Source of the DNA: an uncultured Pseudomonadales bacterium
GTDB lineage: Bacteria > Patescibacteriota > Microgenomatia > UBA1400 > PJMF01
Assembly: GCA_964455555.1 (NCBI GenBank)
Contig: CAYVXV010000001.1
Coordinates: 31,499 to 95,498, forward strand
Reading direction: 5' to 3'
DNA length: 64,000 bases
Made by a program: the position numbers and the translations under genes. Below the pieces are notes generated by a model, which searched no databases, was not told the origin of the DNA, and worked only from the letters and a program-made list of their open reading frames with translations. Below, one piece after another: positions 1 through 10,240 of the stretch (position 1 is its first letter; each line of letters opens with the position of its first letter).

Positions 1-620
1 TGGGGAAATTCTCCCAGAGCAGTCCCGATAGCTATAGCCGGCTCCCCTACTCTAACCTGGTCAGAATCTCCAAGCGGCAGCGCCCTAAGATTGAGGTTCT
101 CCACCCTAACAATAGCAAGGTCAACAGTCGGATCCCGGTAAATATCGGTAATTCGGTATTCATTATTATCCTGATCAACCACAAAGTACTCTGCTTGCGC
201 ATCTGCCACCACATGTCTGTTGGTTACAACCAAGCCGGAATCATCTACCACAAAGCCGGTTCCGATATCCCGCTGCACTTCTTCCAGCTCTCCGGGCATT
301 CCCAAGCCAAATAAGCCAAAGGCAAAGGGGTCAATGCGCCTTTCTTGTCGCCGGATAGAAACTGTCAAAACAGATGGCGATGCATCTTCAACCACTGCTG
401 CTGCTGAAAATAGTTCTCCTCCTCCGAGGCGCAATAAAGCTGATCTGTTGTTTTCAGGATCGAGGCCTGGTAGATTAAATGAACCCCGGTTGCGCTCTAT
501 TAAATAATCCAGAGGTTTAACAACGAATACCCTATCTGACAAAGCGCCAAGAAAAAAGCTAGTTAAGACTAAAACTGAAACTAGTGTACCTAACAAAAAA
601 GCCCTGAAAGTGTTTTTCAT
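1..620 (-). CDS. HtrA/DegP-like trypsin serine protease, N-terminal part (runs off the left edge)
   Basis: ATG at 620. Hand translation gives an N-terminal TM segment, then GTGFVVDDSGLVVTNRHVV (catalytic His), DLAIVRV (Asp) and LGDSDQVRVGEPAIAIG. Not in the ORF track because it is truncated. Confidence 0.88.
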   Translation of the reverse strand, partial: MKNTFRAFLLGTLVSVLVLTSFFLGALSDRVFVVKPLDYLIERNRGSFNLPGLDPENNRSALLRLGGGELFSAAAVVEDASPSVLTVSIRRQERRIDPFAFGLFGLGMPGELEEVQRDIGTGFVVDDSGLVVTNRHVVADAQAEYFVVDQDNNEYRITDIYRDPTVDLAIVRVENLNLRALPLGDSDQVRVGEPAIAIGTALGEFP

Positions 621-705
621 GCAGATCAATAGTACCAATTTTCAACGTATTTAGCAAGAAAGTTATTTGAGTGCTAATTACCACCCAAAGTGTCAGAGAC
701 CAGTT

Positions 706-1965
706 TTAAAATTCTTCAATAGCCCTGAGCAGCTGTTCATCGACATCAGAATCCGGGTTGTTGGCAACTTCTATGTCAACAGGAATTCCTTCATCATGAA
801 TCCAATCTCCCTTAGGAAGCAGCCAACGAGCAATAGTTACGTGCAGTCCGCCGCCGTTGTTAAGTTCACGGCGGTCCTGAACAGTACCTTTGCCGAAAGT
901 TTGCTCTCCAATTAGCTTTGAACCCAATCGGTCCCTGAGGGCGCCGGCTACAATTTCTGAAGCTGAAGCGCTGCCCCGATTCACCAAAACTTCAACAGGA
1001 ATACTGGCAAATCTTGCCCTGCCGCGGACTGAAAAGTCTTGCTCCAAGAATTGGCCCTTTTGCGTCACGATTAAGCCGGAAGATATAAATTCACTGGCTA
1101 CTTTGATGGCTCCATCAAAGTAGCCGCCGGGATTATTGCGCATATCAAGGACAATTCCATTAATGTTGGGCCGATTTTTCAGCACCTCGGTGACTACTGT
1201 CTCCCATTCCCTATCAGTTCGCTCACCAAACCGAGAAAGCATAATATGCGCCACCCGTTTGCCATTGTGCTCCACAAACTCCACTTCAACAGATTGGACA
1301 ACTATTTCACCGCGGGTAAGTGCCACCTCCATGGGATCAGTCGCTCCATCACGGTACAGGGTTAGGGTTACCTGTGAGCCCCGCGGCCCCCTGATGGCGT
1401 CTACCGCCTCATTCAGCGGCCAGCGCGAGGAGTCGTCATCAATCCCCTTGGCATCGTCCTTCACCCGGATAATTAAGTCTCCCGCTTGAACACCGGCTTG
1501 TTCTGCTGGTGTGTTTTTCAACGGCGCAACTACTGCCAAAATCCCATCAATGTATCCGAGTTCAATGCCAACACCATAAAAGCTGCCAGCCAGATCTTCC
1601 CCGCTGCGCTGGTTATCAGCCGGAGGTAGATAAATTGTGTAGGGGTCGCCTATGGCCGAAGTCATGCCACCGATAGCGCCGTTAACCATCTTCTCTGCAT
1701 TTAAGGAATCAGGCTCTATATAGTCGCGCTCGAGGTAATTCCAAACCTCCCAAAATGTGTCAAAGCTAACTTCCTGTTGGCGCTCAATGGGGATATCAGT
1801 ATTGGTAACCAGTGATTTTGCTGACTTTCTTGATAAAAATTGAATACCTGGATTTTCTTTGGCAAAATTATTGACAATGCCATACCGGTACTCAGCAAAA
1901 AGACCTGAGACTACCAAAAGCAATCCTATTGAAACATTTTGAAAATGGCTGAGCTTAAGTTTCAT
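706..1965 (-). CDS. S41 family C-terminal processing peptidase (CtpA/Prc-like, PDZ domain)
   Basis: Motifs GVGI (PDZ), DMRNNPGG, SASASEIVAGAL and TFGKGTVQ. Confidence 0.93.
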   Translation of the reverse strand: MKLKLSHFQNVSIGLLLVVSGLFAEYRYGIVNNFAKENPGIQFLSRKSAKSLVTNTDIPIERQQEVSFDTFWEVWNYLERDYIEPDSLNAEKMVNGAIGGMTSAIGDPYTIYLPPADNQRSGEDLAGSFYGVGIELGYIDGILAVVAPLKNTPAEQAGVQAGDLIIRVKDDAKGIDDDSSRWPLNEAVDAIRGPRGSQVTLTLYRDGATDPMEVALTRGEIVVQSVEVEFVEHNGKRVAHIMLSRFGERTDREWETVVTEVLKNRPNINGIVLDMRNNPGGYFDGAIKVASEFISSGLIVTQKGQFLEQDFSVRGRARFASIPVEVLVNRGSASASEIVAGALRDRLGSKLIGEQTFGKGTVQDRRELNNGGGLHVTIARWLLPKGDWIHDEGIPVDIEVANNPDSDVDEQLLRAIEEF

Positions 1966-2010
1966 CAGGGTTTTATTGTACTGAGAATAGCCATGTTTAG
2001 CAAACCAACA

Positions 2011-2037
2011 AAATACCCCGCTGTATGCGGGGTATTT
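2011..2037 (-). terminator. Intrinsic terminator after rpsR
   Basis: AAATACCCCGC-TGTAT-GCGGGGTATTT inverted repeat with a U-tract on the minus strand. Confidence 0.8.
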
Positions 2038-2059
2038 CTAATGTTAAACCAAAGTTAGT

Positions 2060-2278
2060 TTAAAGAGTCTGGGTGAATGGCAAAAGAGCCAAATGGCGGG
2101 CGCGCTTAACCTCGCGGGCCAACTGATTTTGCTGCTTTCTCAGTAGGTTCGTTTCCTCACGGGAGATTATTGAACCCTGTTCGTTGAGAAATCTAGACAG
2201 AAATTCGACTTTCTTGTATGAAAAAGTCATGTCTGGATTGGTAGCCATTTTTCGCTTAACGCGTTTTCTTCTTTGCAT
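2060..2278 (-). CDS. rpsR: 30S ribosomal protein S18 (cysteine-free form)
   Basis: SYKKVEFLSRFL and LAREVKRARHLALLPF; lies in rpsF-ssb-rpsR order. Confidence 0.93.
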   Translation of the reverse strand: MQRRKRVKRKMATNPDMTFSYKKVEFLSRFLNEQGSIISREETNLLRKQQNQLAREVKRARHLALLPFTQTL

Positions 2279-2309
2279 AATATTTTTCCTTTCAGATTTG
2301 TTTTAATCC

Positions 2310-2753
2310 CTAAAAGGGAACGTCATCGGCTACATCCTCAGCCTCTGTTCCCTCATCCGGCTCTGGTGACGGCATGTCTTCTTCATCGATTTCGTCTCCA
2401 TAACCAGCGCTGCTGGAAGACTTAAGCAAGATCATGTTATCTATTACTACTTCAGTAGTTTTCTTTTCCTGGCCGTCATCACTTTTCCAGTCTCTGGTTT
2501 GCAGGCGTCCTTCTACATAAACTTTGTCGCCTTTGTGAAGTAGTTGGCCGCAAATTTCGGCAAGTTTGGACCAGGCAACAATGTTGTGGTACTCAACCCT
2601 CTCTTGCTTGTCACCTCCCTCTGCAGGAGTCCATGAGCGGTTGGTAGCTATGCCGAATGAACAGACGGCAGTGTTGTTTGGTGTAAACCTAAGATTTGGG
2701 TCTCGGGTCAAATTGCCGATAAGCATTACTTTGTTTAATGAGCGGACTGACAT
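2310..2753 (-). CDS. ssb: Single-stranded DNA-binding protein
   Basis: LNKVMLIGNLTRDP and VYVEGRLQTRDW, with an acidic tail ending DDVPF. Confidence 0.97.
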   Translation of the reverse strand: MSVRSLNKVMLIGNLTRDPNLRFTPNNTAVCSFGIATNRSWTPAEGGDKQERVEYHNIVAWSKLAEICGQLLHKGDKVYVEGRLQTRDWKSDDGQEKKTTEVVIDNMILLKSSSSAGYGDEIDEEDMPSPEPDEGTEAEDVADDVPF

Positions 2754-2842
2754 TTAATCCTTTCTTGATCGCTGTATTGAGCTGTTTTAAAACTTATACT
2801 AATCAGTACTTTACGATTTCTCGCTTGCTTTAAGTGTAGCAC

Positions 2843-3211
2843 TTATTCTGATTCTTCCTCACTTTCAACAGGTTCAACATCTTCAGTGTCTTCTTCTGCC
2901 AAGACCAAAAGATGGCGCATAATGCCTTGGTGAAGATTTAAGCCTCGGTCCAGCTCGGCAATTTTGTCGGGAGAAACGTCAATTACCAAGTGGTGGTAGA
3001 AGCCTTCGCGCTGGTTTTCTCCTTCATGGCGGATGGCATAAGCCAAATCACGCTTGCCCCAATCCTCTTCCTTGAGAACTGTTGCTTTATTCTTTTTGGC
3101 TAAAGCTTTAACAGCTTCAGCGATCTCGGAAATTTGAACACTAGTGCGGTTGCCGGGGATGACATAAGTCAACTCATAACTACGCACCAGTTTCTTTGGC
3201 GGTATTTTCAT
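2843..3211 (-). CDS. rpsF: 30S ribosomal protein S6
   Basis: YELTYVI, WGKRDLAYAI and IMRHLLV motifs; AAGGAG SD upstream. Confidence 0.95.
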   Translation of the reverse strand: MKIPPKKLVRSYELTYVIPGNRTSVQISEIAEAVKALAKKNKATVLKEEDWGKRDLAYAIRHEGENQREGFYHHLVIDVSPDKIAELDRGLNLHQGIMRHLLVLAEEDTEDVEPVESEEESE

Positions 3212-3230
3212 TTACTGCTCCTTCTGCCTT

Positions 3231-3315
3231 GCTTTAGAGCTTGGGAATCCTTTGTTGCCAGCAAGCCGGCTAAAAGGATAAGCAAAGCGTTAATTATTAT
3301 TCGGGTATTATAGCA
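3231..3315 (-). promoter_or_regulatory. rpsF promoter (TGCTATAAT at 3307-3315) and structured 5' leader, candidate S6:S18 autoregulatory RNA
   Basis: Extended -10 box, then a nested hairpin GCTT-ATCCTTT...AAAGGA-TTCCC-AAGC with an unpaired CCC upstream of the SD. Confidence 0.45.
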
Positions 3316-3331
3316 CACCTCAAGAAAAAGC

Positions 3332-4417
3332 TTAGGCTGATCCAATCATGAATTCGACTACATCGCCTTCCTGCATTAAATAGTCTTTTCCTTCCAGCCG
3401 AAGCTTGCCGGCTTCGCGGATAGCTTTCCAACCTTTCAGCTGGACAAAATCTTGGTAGCTGGCAACTTTAGCCTTAATAAAATGTTTTTCAAAATCGGTA
3501 TGGATCACACCGGCTGCCTCAGGTGCTGTTGTGCCCTTGCGGATAGTCCAAGCCCTGACCTCCTGTTCGCCAGCCGTTAAAAAACTCTGCAAGCCGAGCC
3601 GGCTGTAGGTTTTTTTAATTAAACGCTCAAGGCCACTCTGCTCCAAGCCTAAATCTTTCAAATATAGTTTCTGGTCTTCATCTGACAGCGATGAGAGTTC
3701 GCTCTCAATTTTGGCGCTGATAATTACTACGCTGTCTTGATCTATCCCAAGGCTACTGCCTATCTCTGCACTCAATTCCTGTTGGCTGCCGGCTTTTTCT
3801 TCATCAACATTAACTACATACAACATTGGTTTTGCAGTCAGCAAACCCAACTCCCTGCCGACTTTTTGTTCGATCGGTGTGGCCAGCACCTCTATGATAG
3901 GCTGGCCGTTTCTGGCAGCCTCCAGCATTTTTTGAATAATTTCCCACCGCTCAAGTTCTTGCTTGTCCTTGCTGGCTTTAGGCTGCTTTTGCTTCTCCAA
4001 AGTTGAAATATCTGCCAGCAGCAGCTCCATTTCAATGGTGTCCCGGTCAGACTTAGGGTCGACGCTGCCTTCGCGAAGTACAGAATCATCAGTAAAACCC
4101 CTAACTACATGGCAAATTAAATCCACCTCACGGATGTGAGACAGAAACTTGTTGCCCAGTCCCTCACCCTCGCTCGCGCCTTTGACCAAGCCGGCAATAT
4201 CAACAAAGGTAACCGCGGCTGGTTTAATAACTGAGGTGTTCACAATGCCAGCCAGCACTTCAAGTCGTTCATCGGGCACGGGCACGATGCCGGTATTTGG
4301 GTCGATAGTGGCAAAAGGGTAATTAGCTGCCAGCGCAACCTGGCGCTTGAGGAGCGCATTAAAAAGCGTAGATTTGCCTACATTCGGCAGGCCGACAATT
4401 CCGACTGAGAGTGACAT
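3332..4417 (-). CDS. ychF: Redox-regulated ribosome-binding ATPase YchF
   Basis: [45 protein letters not shown], and a C-terminal TGS-like EGKDY. Confidence 0.97.
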   Translation of the reverse strand: MSLSVGIVGLPNVGKSTLFNALLKRQVALAANYPFATIDPNTGIVPVPDERLEVLAGIVNTSVIKPAAVTFVDIAGLVKGASEGEGLGNKFLSHIREVDLICHVVRGFTDDSVLREGSVDPKSDRDTIEMELLLADISTLEKQKQPKASKDKQELERWEIIQKMLEAARNGQPIIEVLATPIEQKVGRELGLLTAKPMLYVVNVDEEKAGSQQELSAEIGSSLGIDQDSVVIISAKIESELSSLSDEDQKLYLKDLGLEQSGLERLIKKTYSRLGLQSFLTAGEQEVRAWTIRKGTTAPEAAGVIHTDFEKHFIKAKVASYQDFVQLKGWKAIREAGKLRLEGKDYLMQEGDVVEFMIGSA

Positions 4418-4496
4418 GAGGTGTATTGTATCAGGAAAAGTATGGCATCAGGCATCGCTGTCCTGCCAGCCTGCATTAACAGCTTTTTTTTCGTAG

Positions 4497-5084
4497 CTAT
4501 TTTTCGAGCAAATCCCTTAGCCAATTGGAAAACCGCTGCCAAATAGTGTTTACTTCCTGCTTAGTTTCCTGAAGCACAAGGTTGGCTGGTTCAGAATTTT
4601 CATTGATCCTCTTCTCTGCCCTTTCCATCACTTGATTGGTTTCTTGTTTTGCCTCCTCAAGTTTTGTGGAAATTTGATCTCTCTTGGCTTCCCTCTCTCT
4701 TTTCAACTTCAAGAACTCTTCCTCCGTCATCAGCCTTATCACTCTCCTGGTGCTAATTTGATCTTGATTGTTTGGATGAGTTATTTTGCCGTTGCGGATA
4801 ACGATCCGCTCGCCCTCACTTCCTTTCACAACATATCGTTTGTTGATGACCTCTTTGCCATTCTCAGAGCGGTATTCCCGCACCACGGTTTCACCATTTG
4901 AGGAGCTGGTAAACTCCTGTTTCACGACTATTTTGCTACTCCCAGAACCGGAAACATTGCTACTGACATTGGAACTAACGGAGTTAGTAGAAATCACGGA
5001 TATATGTGCTGCCTGAACACCGGCTCTCGCCAAAAAAAGCCCACTCAACACAAGTAAGCCTATCGTTAGGTGTTGCTTTGGCAT
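4497..5084 (-). CDS. Hypothetical secreted protein
   Basis: Signal-peptide-like N-terminus, Ser/Asn-rich linker and coiled-coil C-terminus. Confidence 0.6.
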   Translation of the reverse strand: MPKQHLTIGLLVLSGLFLARAGVQAAHISVISTNSVSSNVSSNVSGSGSSKIVVKQEFTSSSNGETVVREYRSENGKEVINKRYVVKGSEGERIVIRNGKITHPNNQDQISTRRVIRLMTEEEFLKLKREREAKRDQISTKLEEAKQETNQVMERAEKRINENSEPANLVLQETKQEVNTIWQRFSNWLRDLLEK

Positions 5085-5158
5085 ATTAGCAAAAGTCTAA
5101 TCGTGGTTTGCAAAAAGTATAAGAAAAACTTGCAAGAAGACAGTAAAAAGGGAGTGTT

Positions 5159-5764
5159 TTAATTAAAAAGTGACGGATCACAGCCATTGCTCTCGAGCGG
5201 GCAGCTTAGCTGCATCCATTCGTAAAATAACGAAGGATTGCCTTCGATAGCGTAAATAACTTCATTTACCTCCCCAAATTGCCTCAGGGTGGTGCCAACC
5301 TCAGACATAAATTCACTACTGCCACAGCTGGTTGAAGCGTTGGGGATGATCTCCCGAATGTCTGCAAAATTTACATATGCCGTCCCGCCTTCAATCTTTA
5401 TGCTCCAGAGAGAACCCTCTGTATCAGCTGAAAAAAATGAGCTGAATCCAGCTTTCTGCTCCTCCAGCGTCGGCCCTTTTAACAACTCAGAAAGCAGTTG
5501 AAAATAACCGGCATTTCTGGGCAGGTCCCTCGGTACGCCAATTACCTCACTACAATCATTGGGATCAGTTGAAAGATCAATGTTGGCAAAATAAACCTTC
5601 GCGGCAGCGGTTTGTTCTTGCGGAATCTCTGAACCCTGAGGCAATGAGTTCATTTTTTGCTGATTTACCGGAGCATCCATAGTAAACCTCAAAAACATCA
5701 CTGACGTTGCTATCACAATAAAAAATCCTAGGATTACGAGTGAGATAAGACGCGACACTGCCAT
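5159..5764 (-). CDS. Membrane-anchored GerMN-domain protein
   Basis: N-terminal TM; LLKGPT..E, GTAYVNF and TLRQFGEVNEVIYAIEG are typical of GerMN. Confidence 0.75.
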   Translation of the reverse strand: MAVSRLISLVILGFFIVIATSVMFLRFTMDAPVNQQKMNSLPQGSEIPQEQTAAAKVYFANIDLSTDPNDCSEVIGVPRDLPRNAGYFQLLSELLKGPTLEEQKAGFSSFFSADTEGSLWSIKIEGGTAYVNFADIREIIPNASTSCGSSEFMSEVGTTLRQFGEVNEVIYAIEGNPSLFYEWMQLSCPLESNGCDPSLFN

Positions 5765-5862
5765 AATGATGACTCCCTTAGCATCATTATACTCTACAGC
5801 AGGAGAAAACCAATTAAATTTAAGGTTAATATCCAGACTCCTAGTGCTGGGTTCAAAAAAAT

Positions 5863-6516
5863 TTACAAATGCCTGGCTCGGACTTCATCCAACAAGTGGA
5901 TTACCTGTTCATCAGACGTCTGAGGGAACGAGCGATACCAGGAACCAACACCATAGAATGGCTCCGGCATTCTCAGGCAAATTACCTCATCTGCCTCCGA
6001 CAAAATTTCTTGGCAAGTCTCCTTGGCGCCCACCGGTGCTGCAATTACGATGCGCCTTGGGTGTTTGACCTTAACCGCCCTGATGGCAGCCAGCATAGTG
6101 GCCCCTGTTGCCAAGCCGTCATCAACAATAATGACTGTTTTGCCGGTTACTTCAGGAATATCTTTGCCTTCCCGGTAAGTAGAAATTCTCCGCTCAAGCT
6201 CTAACTGCTCCCGAGCAACAACTTGCGACCAATCCCGCCTTGGAATCCTTTCGCGCACCTCTTCATTTGTCACATGCGTACCACCCTCGGCTAATGCCCC
6301 AACTGCATATTCCTCATGACCTGGAAAACCAAGTTTTCTAACTACGATCACATCCAATGAAATATTTAAGGCTTTTGCCACCTCATAAGCCACTGGCACT
6401 CCACCCCTAGGCAAAGCTAATACCATAGCGTTCTTGGCATCAACTGATGCAGCTACCTCTCTGGCCAATCTTTTACCTGCATCAGCCCGGTCAATGAATT
6501 GCCTGGTTCGGTTCAT
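5863..6516 (-). CDS. Type I phosphoribosyltransferase family protein
   Basis: LPRGGVPVA and the PRPP loop IIVDDGLATGAT. Confidence 0.9.
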   Translation of the reverse strand: MNRTRQFIDRADAGKRLAREVAASVDAKNAMVLALPRGGVPVAYEVAKALNISLDVIVVRKLGFPGHEEYAVGALAEGGTHVTNEEVRERIPRRDWSQVVAREQLELERRISTYREGKDIPEVTGKTVIIVDDGLATGATMLAAIRAVKVKHPRRIVIAAPVGAKETCQEILSEADEVICLRMPEPFYGVGSWYRSFPQTSDEQVIHLLDEVRARHL

Positions 6517-6631
6517 AATTCTTTCCTTTCAGTCATATTAGAACAAGCTGAGTTCTTATAAAAATGTGAGGAAAGTAAGAGTTGAATGTGGCGGAGATTT
6601 TCGTCCAATAAATTCCGGTATTTTTGTCTGT

Positions 6632-6937
6632 TTATTCTTTAGTATTTTGTTCAGGGTTGACTATCATCATAATGAGAAAACCGAAGATGAAGATTAACAG
6701 CAAGGCGGATAATACAGACAGCAAAATTGAACCGAAGAAAACATAGGGTATGGCAAATAATCCTGACTGAGAGGCCAAAAATCCACCAGCAAGTGAGCCG
6801 ATGGTAGCCAAAATAAAAATACCCCAAGGATCATAGACTCTTGCCTCCGGCACCACCAAAAGATGAGCCAGGTATCCCGTCAGCCAGCCGGCCAGCAAAA
6901 AAATTACCAATTGAACTAATGTCGATTGAATTTCCAT
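6632..6937 (-). CDS. Small membrane protein, GlsB/YeaQ/YmgE (transglycosylase-associated)-like
   Basis: Three hydrophobic segments; GWLTGYLA and IGSLAGG patterns. Confidence 0.55.
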   Translation of the reverse strand: MEIQSTLVQLVIFLLAGWLTGYLAHLLVVPEARVYDPWGIFILATIGSLAGGFLASQSGLFAIPYVFFGSILLSVLSALLLIFIFGFLIMMIVNPEQNTKE

Positions 6938-7050
6938 ACAATCATCAAATCATTTCACCTTAAGAAATATTAGAGGATATTGTTAGCAGCTTGTAAGAAG
7001 CTTTTCCGCCTGGCAGCGCGGTGTTCCAGACCGCCGCCCATATAAGCTGC

Positions 7051-8220
7051 TTACCCGATAATGAACAGCTCTGCTTCTGCTCTTGTCACTGCTGTATAAA
7101 GCCAGCGGCGCCACATTTCGTCATTCATCTGCTTAAATCTCTCTTCAAATAAAACCACCCGCTTAGCTTGGCTGCCCTGGGCTTTATGAACCGTTAAAGC
7201 GTAGCCAAAATCAAACAAATCGCCCTTTAGAGTTTTGCTGCGCTCCTTGCTGAAGTTTTTTGGGTTGGCTGCATTGAACTGCTCAACAGAAATTAAACCC
7301 TTAAAAGGTTCGGGCTCTTCATCCAGCTCTATTTCGGAAAAGTACCACTCATCACTGTCTTTTTGAAGCGAAATGATAGTTCCTAACATACCGTTGTATA
7401 TGTTCTTTTTGTGGTTATTGCGCAAACAAATTACCCTATCTCCAGGCGTTGGTGCAGGGTCCTCAAAACCCAAAGTTGTCCTGACAAAATTATTCAGCCG
7501 GACACGGGTGTTGTTGTAGCCGCACATAATCAAAGTTTCGGTGGTGTAGTTTCTCAGCAGATGCTCCACCTGATCCTGCGACTCGTAATCCTCACGGGAC
7601 AATTTCTTGACACTGGGTCCATAATCGCCGACTGGAATCTCCCCTGTCTCCCTGGCAAGCATCGAAAGCTTAATAATTGGGTTATCCTCAGCCTGTCGGT
7701 GAATTTTTTCCAGCTTCAGCTGAGGGTCTTCTACTAAATTAAAATTTCCCTGAATCGGGGGCAGCTGGCCATGATCCCCGATGGCAATGATCGGAATGCC
7801 ATAGCGCTTTAAATCATTCCAGATCATATAATCAACCATCGAAGCCTCGTCGATGATAATCAGGTCGTAGTCGAGGGATTCTTTCCTGTCCCAGCTGATA
7901 ATTTCCTGGTTGCTATTAACAACTGGAGAATAAATCAGTGAGTGAATCGTGCCGATAAAATCGCCTTTATAAACAGCTTTAGATTTTTGCAGCGTGGTTT
8001 TGAGCACTCGGGCTGCCTTGCCGGTAAAGCTGATAAAAGCCACTTTTTTCTTTGGGTATGCTTTGTGAAGATGGCTGCGAAAAGCTGAAATTGAAGTTGT
8101 TTTTCCAGTTCCGGCATAGCCGCCTACAGTAATATATTGCTCAGCTGCACTGTCATTTTTCAGCCATTTCCAGAGGGAATTTAGGACCAGCCGTTGGTCT
8201 TGAGAAAGTTCAAATTTCAT
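7051..8220 (-). CDS. SF1B RecD/Dda-like ATP-dependent DNA helicase
   Basis: GYAGTGKTT, IIIDEASMV, GDHGQLPP, IHRQA, YALTVHKAQGS and LYTAVTRA. Confidence 0.9.
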   Translation of the reverse strand: MKFELSQDQRLVLNSLWKWLKNDSAAEQYITVGGYAGTGKTTSISAFRSHLHKAYPKKKVAFISFTGKAARVLKTTLQKSKAVYKGDFIGTIHSLIYSPVVNSNQEIISWDRKESLDYDLIIIDEASMVDYMIWNDLKRYGIPIIAIGDHGQLPPIQGNFNLVEDPQLKLEKIHRQAEDNPIIKLSMLARETGEIPVGDYGPSVKKLSREDYESQDQVEHLLRNYTTETLIMCGYNNTRVRLNNFVRTTLGFEDPAPTPGDRVICLRNNHKKNIYNGMLGTIISLQKDSDEWYFSEIELDEEPEPFKGLISVEQFNAANPKNFSKERSKTLKGDLFDFGYALTVHKAQGSQAKRVVLFEERFKQMNDEMWRRWLYTAVTRAEAELFIIG

Positions 8221-8318
8221 CTAGCCTGCATTGTATCAAATCAGCTTGATATTAGTTGAGAATGCCCAAGCTAATATTAACGCATATTTAACGCTTTATT
8301 ACCGCAACACCTGGATAT

Positions 8319-9677
8319 TTAGCTTTCAAAGCGGATTTCTGCCCCGCGCTCAGGCCCGGTGGTAATCATAAAAACCGGCAGCCCTACCTCTTTTTCGATA
8401 TATGACAAAAACCGCCTTGCTTCCGCCGGCAAAGACTGCCTGTTTTTGGCTTTTCTTAACGCTTTTAAATCCCAAGGCTGCATCTCCCGGTAACGAGGCT
8501 GAACAGTATTCAGGTAATCCTGATCAGGTTTAAATCCGGCTTTTTTCTTTCCCTGCAAATAGGCATCGCAAATTTTTACCGGCTGGCCAGGGTAAACAAT
8601 ATCCATGTGGGTCAAAACCAGGTGAGTTAACTTCCCCACCCTGGCATAGTACTTGATTGCAGGCAAGTCCAAATAAACTACATCCCGAGGTCTGCCAGTA
8701 GTTGCTCCATACTCGTGGGCATCTTCCCTGATACGAGATGCTAGCTCCTCTTCCATAATGGTCGGCAGCTTCCTAACCCCCACGCTTGACATGTATGTGG
8801 CTTTAATCACTCCTGCTCTTAGCGGAATTTGCTCCGGATCAACCACACCTTCACTCGAGGCATATATGCCTGCAGGAGTTGTATCTGAAGAAGTTACATC
8901 CGGATAAACTCCCCATCTAGCATCAAGGCCAATTGCCTGGGACTTCTCGAAAATATAACTATATTCCTCGTCACTCCAGGTGGTTTCAATAAAACCGCGC
9001 ACATCTTGAATCATCGGTTTGAGCTGAGCAACCTGCCGTTTTAGATTGGCTAAAAACTCCTGCTCGGAGGCAACTTGATGTTTGCTGCCATCCAGTGCCG
9101 CCACCCTCATCGTTTCTATCTCAAAACCCAAACCTCTCACAAGTTTTTGGTAAAGTTTGTAGTGCCGGCGCAGCTTGTTAATTTGCCAAGTTTTGATATC
9201 CCTCATCCTAAGAGGATGGCCGTAAAGGATATCTGCATAAGCCGGTGAAATACCTCTGCCAGTAGAAGCCTGATTACCTGATTTCAAGGCTTTCACTGCT
9301 CCTTCGAATGCCCTGTGTGTATCCAAAGACAAAACAGCCATTTCATCAATTTTGATTTCCGCTGGAATTTCTTGGCCGGCTACTTCCTTGACTAATTCCA
9401 TCTCCAGCAGCAGATCCGCCGGGTGTAAAACCATGCCTTTACCAAGCACCACGGCAGCATTCTTAAAGAACACCCCTGAAGGCAGCTGGTGTAAAGCAAT
9501 GCGCTTATCGCCAAACTCAACCGTGTGACCGGCATTGGAGCCGCCATTATCCCTATAAACGACAATTTTTCCTTTTTGGGCAAATTCAGCGACCAGAGCA
9601 TCAACTATCCGTCCTTTGCCCTCGTCTCCGTAAGCGCCGCCGCAAATGACCGCACTGTTCTTCCGAATTTTTGCCAT
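8319..9677 (-). CDS. purA: Adenylosuccinate synthetase (divergent)
   Basis: GDEGKG, GGSNAGHT, LHQLPSG, TGRGISPAY, EYGATTGRPR and TGPER. Confidence 0.85.
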   Translation of the reverse strand: MAKIRKNSAVICGGAYGDEGKGRIVDALVAEFAQKGKIVVYRDNGGSNAGHTVEFGDKRIALHQLPSGVFFKNAAVVLGKGMVLHPADLLLEMELVKEVAGQEIPAEIKIDEMAVLSLDTHRAFEGAVKALKSGNQASTGRGISPAYADILYGHPLRMRDIKTWQINKLRRHYKLYQKLVRGLGFEIETMRVAALDGSKHQVASEQEFLANLKRQVAQLKPMIQDVRGFIETTWSDEEYSYIFEKSQAIGLDARWGVYPDVTSSDTTPAGIYASSEGVVDPEQIPLRAGVIKATYMSSVGVRKLPTIMEEELASRIREDAHEYGATTGRPRDVVYLDLPAIKYYARVGKLTHLVLTHMDIVYPGQPVKICDAYLQGKKKAGFKPDQDYLNTVQPRYREMQPWDLKALRKAKNRQSLPAEARRFLSYIEKEVGLPVFMITTGPERGAEIRFES

Positions 9678-9681
9678 ATTC

Positions 9682-9882
9682 TTAGTCTTCTTTTGGAATA
9701 AGCAGCCACATTACAATATAAGGCACTAATCCAGGTAATCCGCCAGGCAGCAGCAGCAATACCCAGATAATCCTGATCAAAGTGACATCAATATTGAAAT
9801 AGTTGGACAGCGCCATTGAAACGCCGCCGATTTTGCCACCTTTTTTGGGCAAAATAAGTTTTTTATGCTCCTGCTTTGACAT
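9682..9882 (-). CDS. PspC-domain membrane protein
   Basis: KIGGVSMALSNYFNIDVTLIRIIW and YIVMWLLIP. Confidence 0.85.
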   Translation of the reverse strand: MSKQEHKKLILPKKGGKIGGVSMALSNYFNIDVTLIRIIWVLLLLPGGLPGLVPYIVMWLLIPKED

Positions 9883-9911
9883 AATTATGAGTTAATGGCT
9901 GAGGGCCAAAC

Positions 9912-10232
9912 TTAGGCGGCTGCGCTATTCTGAGAAGCCGGCTGGTAATTTTTAAGAAATTCTTCAGCGAATGACTCTTGGTATTCTTCTATGGCAGCAG
10001 CGGGAGTTTTGCCGGTATTCAGCTCATAAAATGAGTCAATCAGTGCATTAGCCACCTCTTCATTGTCGGCTGCGCTAAGGGCTGATTGCTGCTCTTCACT
10101 GAAGGTTGCTAAACCCTGAGTATAAAGCATCATTGATGCTGCCTTAATAATCTCAGTGAGCAAAATTGCAATATCTTCCTCCGGAGTATTGTTTTCCTCA
10201 AGAACCTGAATCATTTGTTGGAATTTACTCAT
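9912..10232 (-). CDS. Hypothetical small acidic helical protein
   Basis: AGGAG SD; starts 8 nt after the stop of the large upstream ORF. Confidence 0.65.
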   Translation of the reverse strand: MSKFQQMIQVLEENNTPEEDIAILLTEIIKAASMMLYTQGLATFSEEQQSALSAADNEEVANALIDSFYELNTGKTPAAAIEEYQESFAEEFLKNYQPASQNSAAA

Positions 10233-10240
10233 AGATGCTC

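Noticed and set aside
8319-9677. PurZ (2-aminoadenine, Z-genome) synthetase
   Set aside because: The catalytic Asp in GDEGKG is retained (PurZ has Ser), and there is no phage context. The MazG-like gene is about 9 kb away in a different cluster.
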